Source of the DNA: the human T2T-CHM13v2.0 reference genome, Homo sapiens
Strand: one strand, 5' to 3'
DNA: 64,000 bases
Assembly: GCF_009914755.1 (NCBI RefSeq)
Contig: NC_060938.1
The notes under the pieces: model-generated
Databases searched by the model: none
What the model was told of the DNA's origin: nothing
The model's input: the letters and a program-made list of their open reading frames with translations, nothing else
Program-made: the position numbers and the translations under genes
In this document: one piece after another, positions 43,001 through 58,614 of the stretch
Layout: every line of letters starts with the position of its first letter
How positions within the stretch are numbered: the first letter of the stretch is position 1

Positions 43001-44361
43001 GAGGCAGCTGGGCTCAGGCGCAGAGCTCCTGGAGGCAAGTATAGGAAATGCCCTGTCAGCTGGAGAAGTCAGTCGTTTTGGTTTTATTTCTTTGGTTTGC
43101 TTGCTTTTGCTTATTTATTTTCTCAAAAATTTCAAACAAACCTGCCTGCCAGGGTGTGTGCCAGGAGGCCATTGGACTCAGTCTTTATAAAAGGGATGGT
43201 TATCTCTGTGGGTCTGATGAAAGTGACCTTCAACATTCCCTACATAGGATGGCAAAGGAGATCAGGAACATGACTCCTCGCCCTCATTCCAGGCTCTAGA
43301 CTTAGGACCCCTGAGACCAAGCTCTTGTCTGCTCAACCAGTGACCACTGTCTGCTAGCTGCTTGGAGATAGTCCTGTATGGGCCATTGGGGCACTGGGGA
43401 GCTGCTGGTCTGCCTTAAGAGGGACTCGGGTGAAGCAGCATGTCTATTGTCATAGTGTATTTGGCCAGAGGCACACTAGGAGAGACTGACTGTGGGTGAT
43501 GAACTTGTCTCCCTGTCTAGCATGTTCCTTCTGTACTTGGTGATCTGTTCCTGACCGTGAAGTCCTTGTCATGAATGTGCTAGGCCAGTTTGTTCAACCT
43601 CTTTGGCCAGAAATGTGTGAGTTTGTTGTTTACATAAGACAAGGCTGTGAGGTCTACCCATAGGGAAGAGGCCAAGCAAACTGCAAAATGATCATTTCCA
43701 GGTGTGTCCAGTTTTAATGCAGACTCAGCTGCTTCAAGCAATCAGCCAGTACCTCTGCCACACCAGGTTAGCTGAGTTTCCAGCAGGCATCAGCCCTTGT
43801 TCCCATGGTCTGTGTTCATTTATCTTCTTTAACTTCAAGCTGACCTGTTGTTTTATTCTTCAAAACCCCTAGGACTTTATAACCAGATGATTCTAAAATT
43901 TAAATAAGTATACACTTGGAAAGTGGAGAAAATATATTAAGACTCAGACCTCGAGCAATGGCCAGGTTATAGGCTGCCACAAATCAAAAGCAGGCTTCTT
44001 GGCATTTCACATGAAGGGACTGTCTCTAATTGGGGGCAAGTGGCTTGCCCTGCTCTGCTTCTTGGGTGAGTGACCACACTTGACCTTTCTTGTTTAGGAG
44101 TGCCTTTGGCCTCAAACCTGTGACTCTTTGGAATGCTGGCAATTTAGAAAGGGTTATCTCTTCAACTCACCACCTGAAAGAAAAACAAAACCCTAATAGC
44201 ATGATTAAAAAAAATACAACCAAGGCAAAAATACATCAAAGGACCAATAAATGAGTGGATCTGCAGTAGGAGTGGGGAGAGATGGTTTTGCAGGACAGTT
44301 TCCAAGCCTCAGTTCCTCCCTCTTTACAGTTCTTGTCATGCAGCGCAATGCAATTCAAGGC

Positions 44362-44440
44362 TGACGTCATGTCGATATCTCTGAGTCCACATGAGGCCCT
44401 TTGGTTAGGCAATACCTACTGGGTGTTTGGTTTATAAAAG
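44362..44440 (+). promoter_or_regulatory. Full CRE (TGACGTCA) upstream of a consensus TATA box (TATAAAAG); candidate only
   Basis: TGACGTCA at 44362-44369, TATAAAAG at 44433-44440. Motif evidence only. Confidence 0.3.
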
Positions 44441-45859
44441 GCTTGGGATTAAGACCTGAGTGAGGAGACAAAGGGATCTGAAGACGTGGTTCTTGTATTC
44501 ACAGGGTTTGCGATCTCACTGGGAGGTATCCTGAGGTCGAACAACTTAGAGGTAGTTCTTGGAAATCATAAACTACGAAATACAAATGGCCATAAGGGGC
44601 AGCAGGGAGGGGAGGGACTGAAACAGTGAAAATCCACCCATCTTGTCTGGGATATTTGACAAACACATTTTGTGTTAATATACATCCAGCTAAGTCCCAG
44701 ATCTAGCCACATGGATGTAGATATCATAGGGGTCTTTGATGTGCTTAGCTACTCAAATGCCTATGGCGGTTTCGCTGATCAACATCACTTGGGAATTCTC
44801 ACCAGTGGGACTATTAACCAGAGCCTGGTGCTGGTTAGTCACCAGCTTCTTTTCCCTTTGAAATCTTATGAGGTGAGAATTTATTCCTTGCCTTGCTGTC
44901 ATTGGATAATATCGTTACACACCTTTATATTGTCATCACCCTTTCACCAATAATGTATGTGAAGTTATATTCTTGTTTGATGTAAGGGCAATCCTATATC
45001 TGGAAGCAAGTGCATGGAAAAGAGCATATATTTGAAAGCTTATGTGCATTCACAGCATGTGAGAGGACAAATGATCCCAATAAAGTGTGAATGTTTTGAT
45101 TTCCAACATTAGTCCCCATGAGGCTGTTTATTTCTTCCTATGTTCTTGGCTGGCAATCCAAGGTAACTGACACCACGTGGACATGGGCTTATTGACTCAG
45201 GCCTCACAAGCCAAGCTGCCAGGCTCCCAGGAGTTTCTGCTTACTTAACCAAGGCGAATAACGTGCTTTGCCTCTTATTTTTTAAAGTACCCTTTCATTA
45301 AAACAGCGAATCACATGCGTTTTCTAAAACTTTACTGCCGACTTTAAAAGATGGCTGGGTTTTAGGGCAGTATTTAAGGTAATAATCAAGAATCCATGGG
45401 CCATGTGGTGAAGCTGTTGAACAAATCTTGACGTATTGGTAAAGACACCCTGGGAAACTTGAAAGACATAAATCTGGGTCGAGTAAAAGGATGTGCTATA
45501 TCCTACAGTGGGTATATGGCATTTATTATCCAGAAGAGGCAGATTATACCAAAGATGGGAATAACTTAAAGTTTTAGATTGGTTTTTGGGTTGAAGATCA
45601 ATGAAAGGATATTGAGGAAAATGAATTTTAGATGTGTATGACTACAATGTTTTTTTTTATTATTATACTTTAAGTTTTAGGGTACATGTGCACAATATGC
45701 AGGTTAGTTACATATGTATACCTGTGCCATGCTGGTGTGCTGCACCCACTAACTCGTCATCTAGCATTAGGTATATCTCCCAATGCTATCCCTCCCCCCA
45801 CCCCACAACAGTCCCTGGAGTGTGATGTTCCCCTTCCTGTGTCCATATGTTCTCATTGT

Positions 45860-49682
<3,823 letters not shown>

Positions 49683-49745
49683 TATGATGTTAGCTTGTTA
49701 TTTTGCTCGTTAGTTGATGCAGTTTCTTCCTAGTCTCAATGGTCT

Positions 49746-50759
49746 TTACATTTTGTCATGATTTTGCAGCAGCTGGTATCGGTTGTTCCTTTCCATGTTT
49801 AGTGCTTCCTTCAGGAGCTCTTTTAGGGCAGGCCTGGTGGTGACAAAATCTCTCAGCATTTGCTTGTCTGTAAAGGATTTTATTTCTCCTTCACTTATGA
49901 AGCTTATTTTGGCTGGATATGAAATTCTGGGTTGAAAATTCTTTTCTTTAAGAATGTTGAATATTGGCCCCCACTCTCTTCTAGCTTGTAGAGTTTCTGC
50001 CGAGAGATCCGCTGTTAGTCCGATGGGCTTCCCTTTGTGGGTAACCCGACCTTTCTCTCTGGCTGCCCTTAACATTTTTTCCTTCCTTTCAACTTTGGTG
50101 AGTCTGACAATTATGTGTCTTGGAGTTGCTCTTCTCGAGGAGTATCTTTGTGGTGTTCTCTGTATTTCCTGAATCTGAATGTTGGCCTGCCTTGCTAGAT
50201 TGGGGAAGTTCTCCTGGATAATATCCTGCAGAGTGTTTTCCAACTTGGTTCCACTCTCCCCGTCACTTTCAGGTACACCAATCAGATGCAGATTTGGTCT
50301 TTTCACATAGTCCCATATTTCTTGGAAGCTTTGTTCATTTCTTTTTATTCTTTTTTCTCTAAACTTCCCTTCTCGCTTCATTTCATTCATTTCATCTTCC
50401 ATCACAGATACCCTTTCTTCCAGTGGATTGCATTGGCTCCTGAGGCTTCTGCATTCTTCACGTAGTTCTCGAGTCTTGGCTTTCAGCTCCATCAGCTCCT
50501 TTAAGCACTTCTCTGTATTGGTTATTCTAGTTATACATTCGTCTAAATTTTTTTCAAAGTTTTTAACTTCTTTGCCTTTGGTTTGAATTTCCTCCTGTAG
50601 CTCGTAGTTTGATCATCTGAAGCCTTCTTCTCTCAACTTGTCAAAGTCATTCTCCATCCAGCTTTGTTCCATTGCTGGTGAGGAACTGTGTTCCTTTGGA
50701 GGAGGAGAGGTGCTCTGCTTTTTAGAGTTTCCAGTTTTTCTGCTCTGTTTTTTCCCCAT
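49746..50759 (-). pseudogene. L1 ORF1p, N-terminally disrupted
   Basis: Start ATG at 50759 (atggggaaaaaacag); only 49746-50492 is open (QEIWDYVKRPNL, YPAK motifs). Confidence 0.93.
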
Positions 50760-51529
50760 CTTTGTGGTTTTATCTACTTTTGGTCTTTGATGATGGTGAT
50801 ATACAGATGGGTTTTTGGTGTGGATGTCCTTTCTGTTTGTTAGTTTTCCTTCTAACAGACAGGACCCTCAGCTGCAGGTCTGTTGGAGTTTGCTAGAGGT
50901 CCACTCCAGACCCTGTTTGCCTGGGTATCAGCAGCGGTGTTTGCAGAACAGCGGTTTTTCGTGAACTGTGAATGCTGCTGTCTGATCATTCCTCTGGAAG
51001 TTTTGTCTCAGAGGAGTACCCGGCCGTGTGAAGTGTCAGTCTGCTCCTACTGGGGGGTGCCTCCAAGATGGCCGAATAGGAACAGCTCCGGTCTACAGCT
51101 CCCAGTGTGAGCGATGCAGAAGACGGGTGATTTCTGCATTTCCATCTGAGCTTTGAAGAGAGCAGTGGTTCTCCCAACATGCAGCTGGAGATCTGAGAAT
51201 GGGCAGACTGCCTCCTCAAGTGGGTCCCTGACCCCTGACCCCTGAGCAGACTACAGTGTTTTTTAATGAGAAAGGATAATCTCTGCACTCTCCTCCCAGA
51301 TAAAATATTCCTTGGGACCAAGTTGGAAAAAGAATGATGGGCCTATCTAATTCAACATAGGAGGTCCTTTGTATGGGGCTGAAAGCAGCTCTCTTTATTA
51401 AGGTGATGTGTGATACTATGTATAACCTTGTCTGAGACAATTAAGAGCCTAAAGTAAATGGAGTGGCTCTTGCTCAGTTGACTGCTGGCTCAATAAGGAT
51501 CTGCCAAGTTTGTGTAACTTAAACTACAA

Positions 51530-52140
51530 TAAGAAAACCCTGGGACTAGAATAAGGACAGAATAGTCCCATTGTGCCCTCCTCTAAACAGATCACTTCTG
51601 GAGTGGTCTCTTCCAGGCTCTTGAAGTGCCACTGATGTTACAACTTGGAGAAATAATACCCAAACATGTATGTATGTATATATATATGTTTTTACCATGC
51701 TCTAGGGCTCTCAAAGCGGATACATTTATTAACTCCCTGAGCCTCACAATAAACCCAGGATTTCATATTATCCCCATATTGCAGATGAAAAAAACTGAGG
51801 CTCAGAGAGGATAAAAAACTGAGGCCAGGAGGTGGAAGTTCTAGAACTTAAACACAAGCTCTCTGGCACCAGGACTGGTGTTTTTTCCACTCTACCATGC
51901 TGCTTCTCTGCACCGCAAAAAGCTCAGAGGCAGGTGGCCAGGGCTGAGGCTTCAGGAAGCCACATCCTGGAGGGAGCTTTTGAAGAAACTGGAGATGCTT
52001 GGCCTGAAAAAGAGGTTCTTTAGAGGGCCCCCGATAGCTGTTGTCAAATATTTGAAACCTGTCATATGGAAGAGGGAGGAGATTTCTTTGTAACTCCTGA
52101 GGGCAGAATTAGGACTAATCGATTGGAATTATGCATGAAG
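51530..52140 (+). mobile_element. L3/CR1-like fragments with an intervening MIR
   Basis: 'atagtcccattgtg...cagatcacttctggag' and 'atagctgttgtcaaatatttgaaacctgtcatatggaagaggg...gagggcagaattaggactaat'; MIR at ~51700-51900. Confidence 0.5.
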
Positions 52141-52248
52141 CCAGAGGGTGAATGCAAAACCATGTCTGAAAGGAGTGAGAAGTGTTGGAGCTGCAGAACT
52201 ATGTCCATACACGTCATCAAAGCAATGGCTGAGAGCAACAGGAGGGCC

Positions 52249-52615
52249 TCTCTTTTTTATGTTCTAAGAGCTTAACTGACTTTGTACCTCTGAGTCCCTT
52301 CACAGAAGTTTTGTGTTCTTATACGATGATGATAATTTCTAAGAAGCCATTGGACACAATGGAATCAGCAGATTCCCAGCACCCAGCCAGAGAGCTGATA
52401 GAAGAGGAGCTTGAAGAAGCAACAGTCGGAGGCCAGAGAATTCTGGCAAGATGGTGGGGATGATGGCCACACAGGTTTTGGATCTTCCTAAATCCCCACC
52501 TAAAAACAGAGATACTAAGTAGCAACACCAAAATCCTGGCCATGGACAGGAAGGAAAGAGCCTTCCAAGCATCTAGGCAGGTGGGAGGGAGGCCACTGGC
52601 GTGCGTGCGCGCGCG

Positions 52616-52656
<41 letters not shown>

Positions 52657-53341
52657 ACACACACACACACACACACGCTGATTTTCATCAGTCTGCAGCC
52701 CAAGCCGGCTCAGTTTTGATTTCCCTCCTGGTAGTTTTCTTGCTCTGGGGCCCTGTGCTGGAGGGGAACCCTGGCTGGTCAGTTTCAAAAGTTCATAGTT
52801 CAGAGCCGACCACAGATCCGTTACACGCTCCTCCCAGTAGCAGCTGCTGGTCTCAGGCCTGCAGCGCTTCCCATCTGTTGGTGTTTGGAGTTCTCCTGTG
52901 CTGGGTCTGTAGCTGCCCAAGACTTCCCTCTACTCCCTCACAGATAGTGAGGGTGCTCAGGGCTTAGTTGGTGGTTTATCCTGACCTGCTTGTATTTGGG
53001 GTTCATGGGGATACCCCATCAGCTAGTTTGTGATAAATGTTGTTCATGGCCAGGTTTTTTGGTGTTGCTACTTAGTATCTCTGTTTTTAGGTGGGGATTT
53101 AGGAAGATCCAAAACCTGTGTGGCCATCATCCCCACCATCTTGCCAGAATTCTCTGGCCTCCGACTGTTGCTTCTTCAAGCTCCTCTTCTATCAGCTCTC
53201 TGGCTGGGTGCTGGGAATCTGCTGATTCCATTGTGTCCAATGGCTTCTTAGAAATTATCATCAGCGTATAAGAATACAAAACTTCTGTGAAGGGGCTCAG
53301 AGGTACAAAGTAACTTAAGCTCTTAGAACATAAAAAAGAGA
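52249..53341. repeat. Long inverted repeat: arms 52249-52548 and 53041-53341, 492-bp spacer
   Basis: Arms are reverse complements with about 8 differences, all near the ends; ORFs 52319-52672(-) and 52990-53271(+) share an identical peptide run. Confidence 0.98.
52599..52678. repeat. Compound microsatellite (GC)9-(AC)n, alternating purine/pyrimidine
   Basis: gcgtgcgt(gc)9 followed by (ac)n with one interruption. Confidence 0.97.
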
Positions 53342-54466
53342 ATAATGAAAAAGATTTACAAACAGATATAAAGAGGTGTTTTTCCCCAGTGAGTTGTGAT
53401 CCTGGGCCTGGCAAGATAGGCTGTTTATCCACATTTTGCATTCTTCACCCCAGTAGAGAGCAATTCTCACAGTTGGGTGTCCGGCTCAGTAATCTGTCGC
53501 TTTTGCCTGACTAAAGTCACATCATTGATTGATGCCAAATCTTGCTCAATTAAAGGTTCATTTTTCTTTTGGCTGTTGGCAAATGCAACATTGATTATGG
53601 GTTATTAGCATCCACCCCCTCAGATTTCGAATGCACTGGGAGCGTTTGCCTGCATACCAACCACAGCAGCAGCACCTAGGGCCTGGAGCCACCTTTCTAA
53701 TCTGGGCCCAAGGACACCTGCCAGTGTGTCTGACTGTAGGGAAGGGATTTGCTCAGTCAGGTCCTTCCTGGGAAGATTAAAAGGAAAAAAAGGATCTTTT
53801 CCCAATCTCCTTCCCATTCCCAGCCCCCTACCCCCACCTCCAAGCCAAGAGAAATGGTGATATTTTGTGATAACATCTGGGCTCTTTTTACTTGTTGGTT
53901 CATTCATTCATTCATTCATTTATTCATCCATTATGTATTTTTGAGTGCTGGCCTGTAGGGGAAATGAGAAAAGCACAGAGTCTATGGAGAGATGAGACTG
54001 AGTCTCATAAGCCCTGTGTGAAAATAGCCTCCTTATTGCAGGAGTACCTAAGCAGATTGTGGAAACTGAGCCTGCCGCTGTGGCCACACCTTCCCATCAC
54101 GCCCCTTCCTCTGCAGTTCTCTGAGGAGACAGCAGCCAGCAGCCCCGTCTAATCAGACATTTCTGTCTAAAAAAATAATGCTCCAATAGCCTTTCAGTTC
54201 TCACTTCCCATCTTCCACCTTGGAATTTCCCTATGGACAGCATGTCCTCCAGCCCCTCCATTCACCCCTCAAGGCCTTGAGGCAAGCCTCATTGATGCCA
54301 AGGCTTTCCAGGAGGGACAGCAGCTTCTCTTCCTTGCAGGGCTGAGGCCTCTGCAAGGAGCCCTCTGGTGGGATGGAGTCCATGTCCCCGAGGCCATCCC
54401 TCTAGAGTTTCCTTTGCGTTCTTGCCTCTGCTCCTGATGGGACCCACAGGTCTCTACTGTTACCCA

Positions 54467-54967
54467 GTACCTTGGTTTCCTTGGGCTGCTGGAACAAATT
54501 GCCATAAACTTAGTGGCTTAAAATAATGCAAATTTATTATCTTACAGTTCTGGAGGTCAGATGTCTTACTGGTCTAAAATCAAGGTGTTGGCAGGGCTGT
54601 GTTCCTTCTGGAAGCTGTAGAGGACATTTTGTTTCCTCACCTCTTCCAGTTCCTAGAGGCTTCCTGCATTCCTTGGCTTGTGTCCTCCTGCTCTGTCTTC
54701 AAAGCCAGTAGTGTAGGATCATCTCTCCAGTGTAGGATCATCTCTCCTCTCTGAGCTCTGCTTCGTCATCCTGTTTTCCGACTTTGACTCTTGCTCCCAC
54801 CTCTTGAGAGGACCCTGTGATGACACTAGACACACCTGGGTAATACAGGATCATCTCCCCATCTAAATCACATCTGCAAAGACCCTTTTGCTATATAAGG
54901 TAATATTCACAGGTTCTGGGGATTAGGACATGAACATCATTTGGGGGCTATTACCGTATCTGCCACA
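54467..54967 (-). mobile_element. MLT1 (C/D-like) LTR with an internal 19-bp tandem duplication
   Basis: 'aacttagtggcttaaaataatgcaaatttattatcttacagttctggaggtcaga'; right end tgccaca; agtgtaggatcatctctcc twice at 54710-54747. Confidence 0.85.
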
Positions 54968-56671
54968 CCCAGCCCTCATTATCCTGACCAAGGCAGGGAG
55001 AAAGCCTCAACTCACCTCAGCTGAGACAAGCCTGACATTTGTCAAAATGATAATACCTATGAGAGTTAACATGTAGTGAGTGTCTGCTTCAAAATCTCAG
55101 GCCCTAGAAGAGCTTTAGATACACGTTCTCATTTAATTCCTCCTCAACATCTCAGGTAGTTGAGGAGACTGAGGCATGAGAGGTTAAACAGCTTACTCAA
55201 TGGAATCAAACCAGAGAGCGTCAGAAGCAAGCAGCACATGGCTTCCCTGGAAAGGAAGGTCGCCTGGGAAGCTAGCGGAGCAGAGAGATAAAGACTTATT
55301 CCCAACTATTGCCTGCAACAGCAGAACTTTAAGTATTTTATATGAAAGGCAGGGGATAAAACTTCTCAAACGCCTTTGTGGCCAGTGTCAATTAAGCACT
55401 ATCATTCTAGGAGGTTGCTAATCAGACATTTCTGTAGAAAAAAATAATGCTGCTGAAGTAAGCACGACTTCTCTATGAGCTACAGAATAACTGTCAAGCT
55501 TGTTAGTGGAAATTCTTGCCCCTCCTTTTCCTCGGTGGTTTGTTCAAGACTCTGCTGCAAAAAATGCCTCAAGTGCTTTTTCTAGCCACAGTCCCCAGAC
55601 GGGTCTCTCATCTCCTTGCTTACTTTTAGTGGTGATGTGGATCTTCAGGAGTCTAATTTTCCTTTTGGAGGAGAGCTAGCAAATCTTCAGAAGAACTCTG
55701 CAGTTCTATAATCCTTCTGACTGCTGGGTGAAATATGGGCCTGGAGACAGATTTCGCAGGAATGAAAAGGTCTCACAGCTACTTGCCCTAAAGAATGTGA
55801 GCCCATGGAGAATCCAGGAAATGAAAATAAAATGCCCAGTTTTGATATAAGGCCAACAAGACAAATCTTGTGCATGGTTCAGTGTTAAATAATGTCCTTA
55901 ATCCTCAGCCCTTGGGACCCGGTGTCTCCACTGAATGTCGATCAGCTTGGGTCAGAGTCTTTGCCGTGGCTGGACTGGCATTCAGGGCTGTTTGCAGGCA
56001 CAGTAAATATTTGTCCTGTCAGACAGCATCTGGCTGCTCACATGTCTTGTTTAAGAGATAAATGTCAGGAACCTCTCTCTTTCTCTCTCTCTTTTTGGTG
56101 TGAATTACAAGGAGGTATACAGACATCAATATCATTCCCACTTGCTTAACAACTGTGAGACCTCAGATAAAGATGAAAATCTTCGGAGGTCTCATATCCT
56201 GATTGGGTTTGTGTCAAGTCAAAGTGAAGCCACCCCAGCCTCAGCAATATACATGCCATTGATAGCACAGCCTGTTCCAGGCCAGAAGCAATTTCTGTTC
56301 TGACAAGTCTGTGTTATTAAAAAGTTAAGGAAAGCAGAGAAGGGAGTACAAAGATTAGATTTTTCAAAGATGAAATTACAAAGTTAATGGCACTGAGCCA
56401 TCTGTTTGGAGAGGTAAGGAAATCCACAATGAGTTTAGGAGATATCAGGAATCCACCGGAAGGATGAACCTGAGGAGGAAAAAGGAAGAAGAAAAGGAAA
56501 ATAAGAGCACTTCTGCCTTAGAGATATTATATCATGATTACAGGGATCAAGGATAATTATCAATTAGAAGGAAGCACACATTAGGGTAATGTGTCATTGC
56601 TGCAAGCTAAAACCGCATAATTGGAAATGATGACATCACACGTTCCTAATTACACATTCATAAATATGTAG

Positions 56672-57000
<329 letters not shown>

Positions 57001-58129
57001 TATCTTTCTCATGTGTGTGCTTATAGAAAACTAGGGGTGATGATTCTGATTGGCCACTGGGAGCTTCTCTCAGGCTGAGGAAGGGGGGTGAGAAGTAGCG
57101 AGAGACTTTCCTGATTTTGGAGGGAGGGGTTTAGGTGCTTACAATAATTATTCCCATTGCCACTAGGTAGGGCCACTCTGAGGAACCGCCCTGGTGAATG
57201 AGGTCCCATGAGGCTCAGGAGTATCTGTGGTGAATATTTTGCTTCCAGAATGAGTGCCCTCCCCATACAAAAATTAGGAAATGAGCTTTATTAGAACCAT
57301 CTTGTGTGACTCTGAAACCAAGGGATGAATTGTTCAGTGCTTAAGAATTTATAAACTACATTTCACGTAACACATGTCCTCATGTGGTCCTCCCAGCAAC
57401 TGTAATGGAAAGTTTAGTCGTTATTCCTGCTTGACAGTCGAGGAAACTGAGAGCCAGGGAGTTGCATGATTACTCAAAGTTACACAGCCAAGTAAGTGTC
57501 AGAGGAAAGTAAGTGTCAGAGCAGGGGAGGACATGGATTCCTTAACTCTAAATTCTGATGTATTTCCTTTGTTTTGTATTTCCATTTATTGCCCCATCTG
57601 GCCCATTGTCCAGTTGGAACCCTCTCACTATTTCTGTCTATGGGGCAGGAGAAAAGCTGGAGCTTTGGTCCAGAGGCTTCATTAAGACTTTCGACTGAAT
57701 GTGGAGTGAAGGTTCTGGACCTCCCTGACACTCTGATGAGGATCCTCATCTGTACTGTCTGTCTCACCCAGGGCCTTGCCCTTCCCATTAACGCCAGGCC
57801 TTCCTTAGTCTTCACAAACATGGGCCAAAGTATATAAACACCCTATAATCAGCAGTTGATGAGGATGTTTATTCATTCAACAGATGTTTGCAGAGCTCCA
57901 CACTGGGCACTGTGCCAGGCACTGGCAATCCAAGTGGTGCTTATCCTCATGAGCTTATGAACACATCGTGTCCATCATTTGATATGAAAAATTATCCGTA
58001 TCAAATAATTAATAATTACTTGATAATAATTTGATGTTAATCAAATTATTAACATAGGAAACATACAAATGGGGAGAATAACTATGAAGGAAGAGAGTGC
58101 TGTGTTAAAGCAGCGTATATCAAAGAGAG

Positions 58130-58610
58130 CTGAATGAGGGTGAAGAGAGAAGGTAGGCGCAACATGCTCCACTTGCTCTCCAGGTCAGAGCAACCTCTTC
58201 TAGTTGTTCTGATCCCTAGAGAGCCACAACACTGTGGCTCTTGCCCTCTGACTTTTGGGTGGGTTTGGCCAATGGGAGACACCAGCGAGAGATAAGAGAG
58301 TGAAAGGGGAGGGGTAGAAGTGTTTCTAGCCTGGCCTCCTCCCCCTTGGGCTACAGTTTAGTGGTGGTGTGCTCCTCTTCTGGGGATCACAGCTGCTGTC
58401 AGGAGGCCCCTCTCCTACAGCTGCATTGTCCTCCTCTTGCTCCTTCAGACCCAGGGGTGGCAACAGGGTCCAGCTCAGGGTGCTTCTCCAGCCCTTGCTG
58501 GTTTCCCTTGACCCCGTCCGGATGCTGTAACATGCCCCTTCATTAAACTCCTTTCACTCGCCCTCTTGGAGTATGCTGTCTGTTTCTTGCTGGGACTGTG
58601 ATCAATACTA
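58130..58610 (+). mobile_element. LTR33-like ERVL LTR
   Basis: 'gggtttggccaatgggagacacc', 'cttcattaaactc', end 'ctgtttcttgctgggactgtgatcaatac'. Confidence 0.6.
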
Positions 58611-58614
58611 ACAG

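Noticed and set aside
52319-53271. Two ORFs with a near-identical peptide (apparent paralogous genes)
   Set aside because: A by-product of the inverted repeat; no recognisable domain, start context or splice structure.
57490-57521. 17-bp tandem duplication in a MIR
   Set aside because: Ordinary slippage event.
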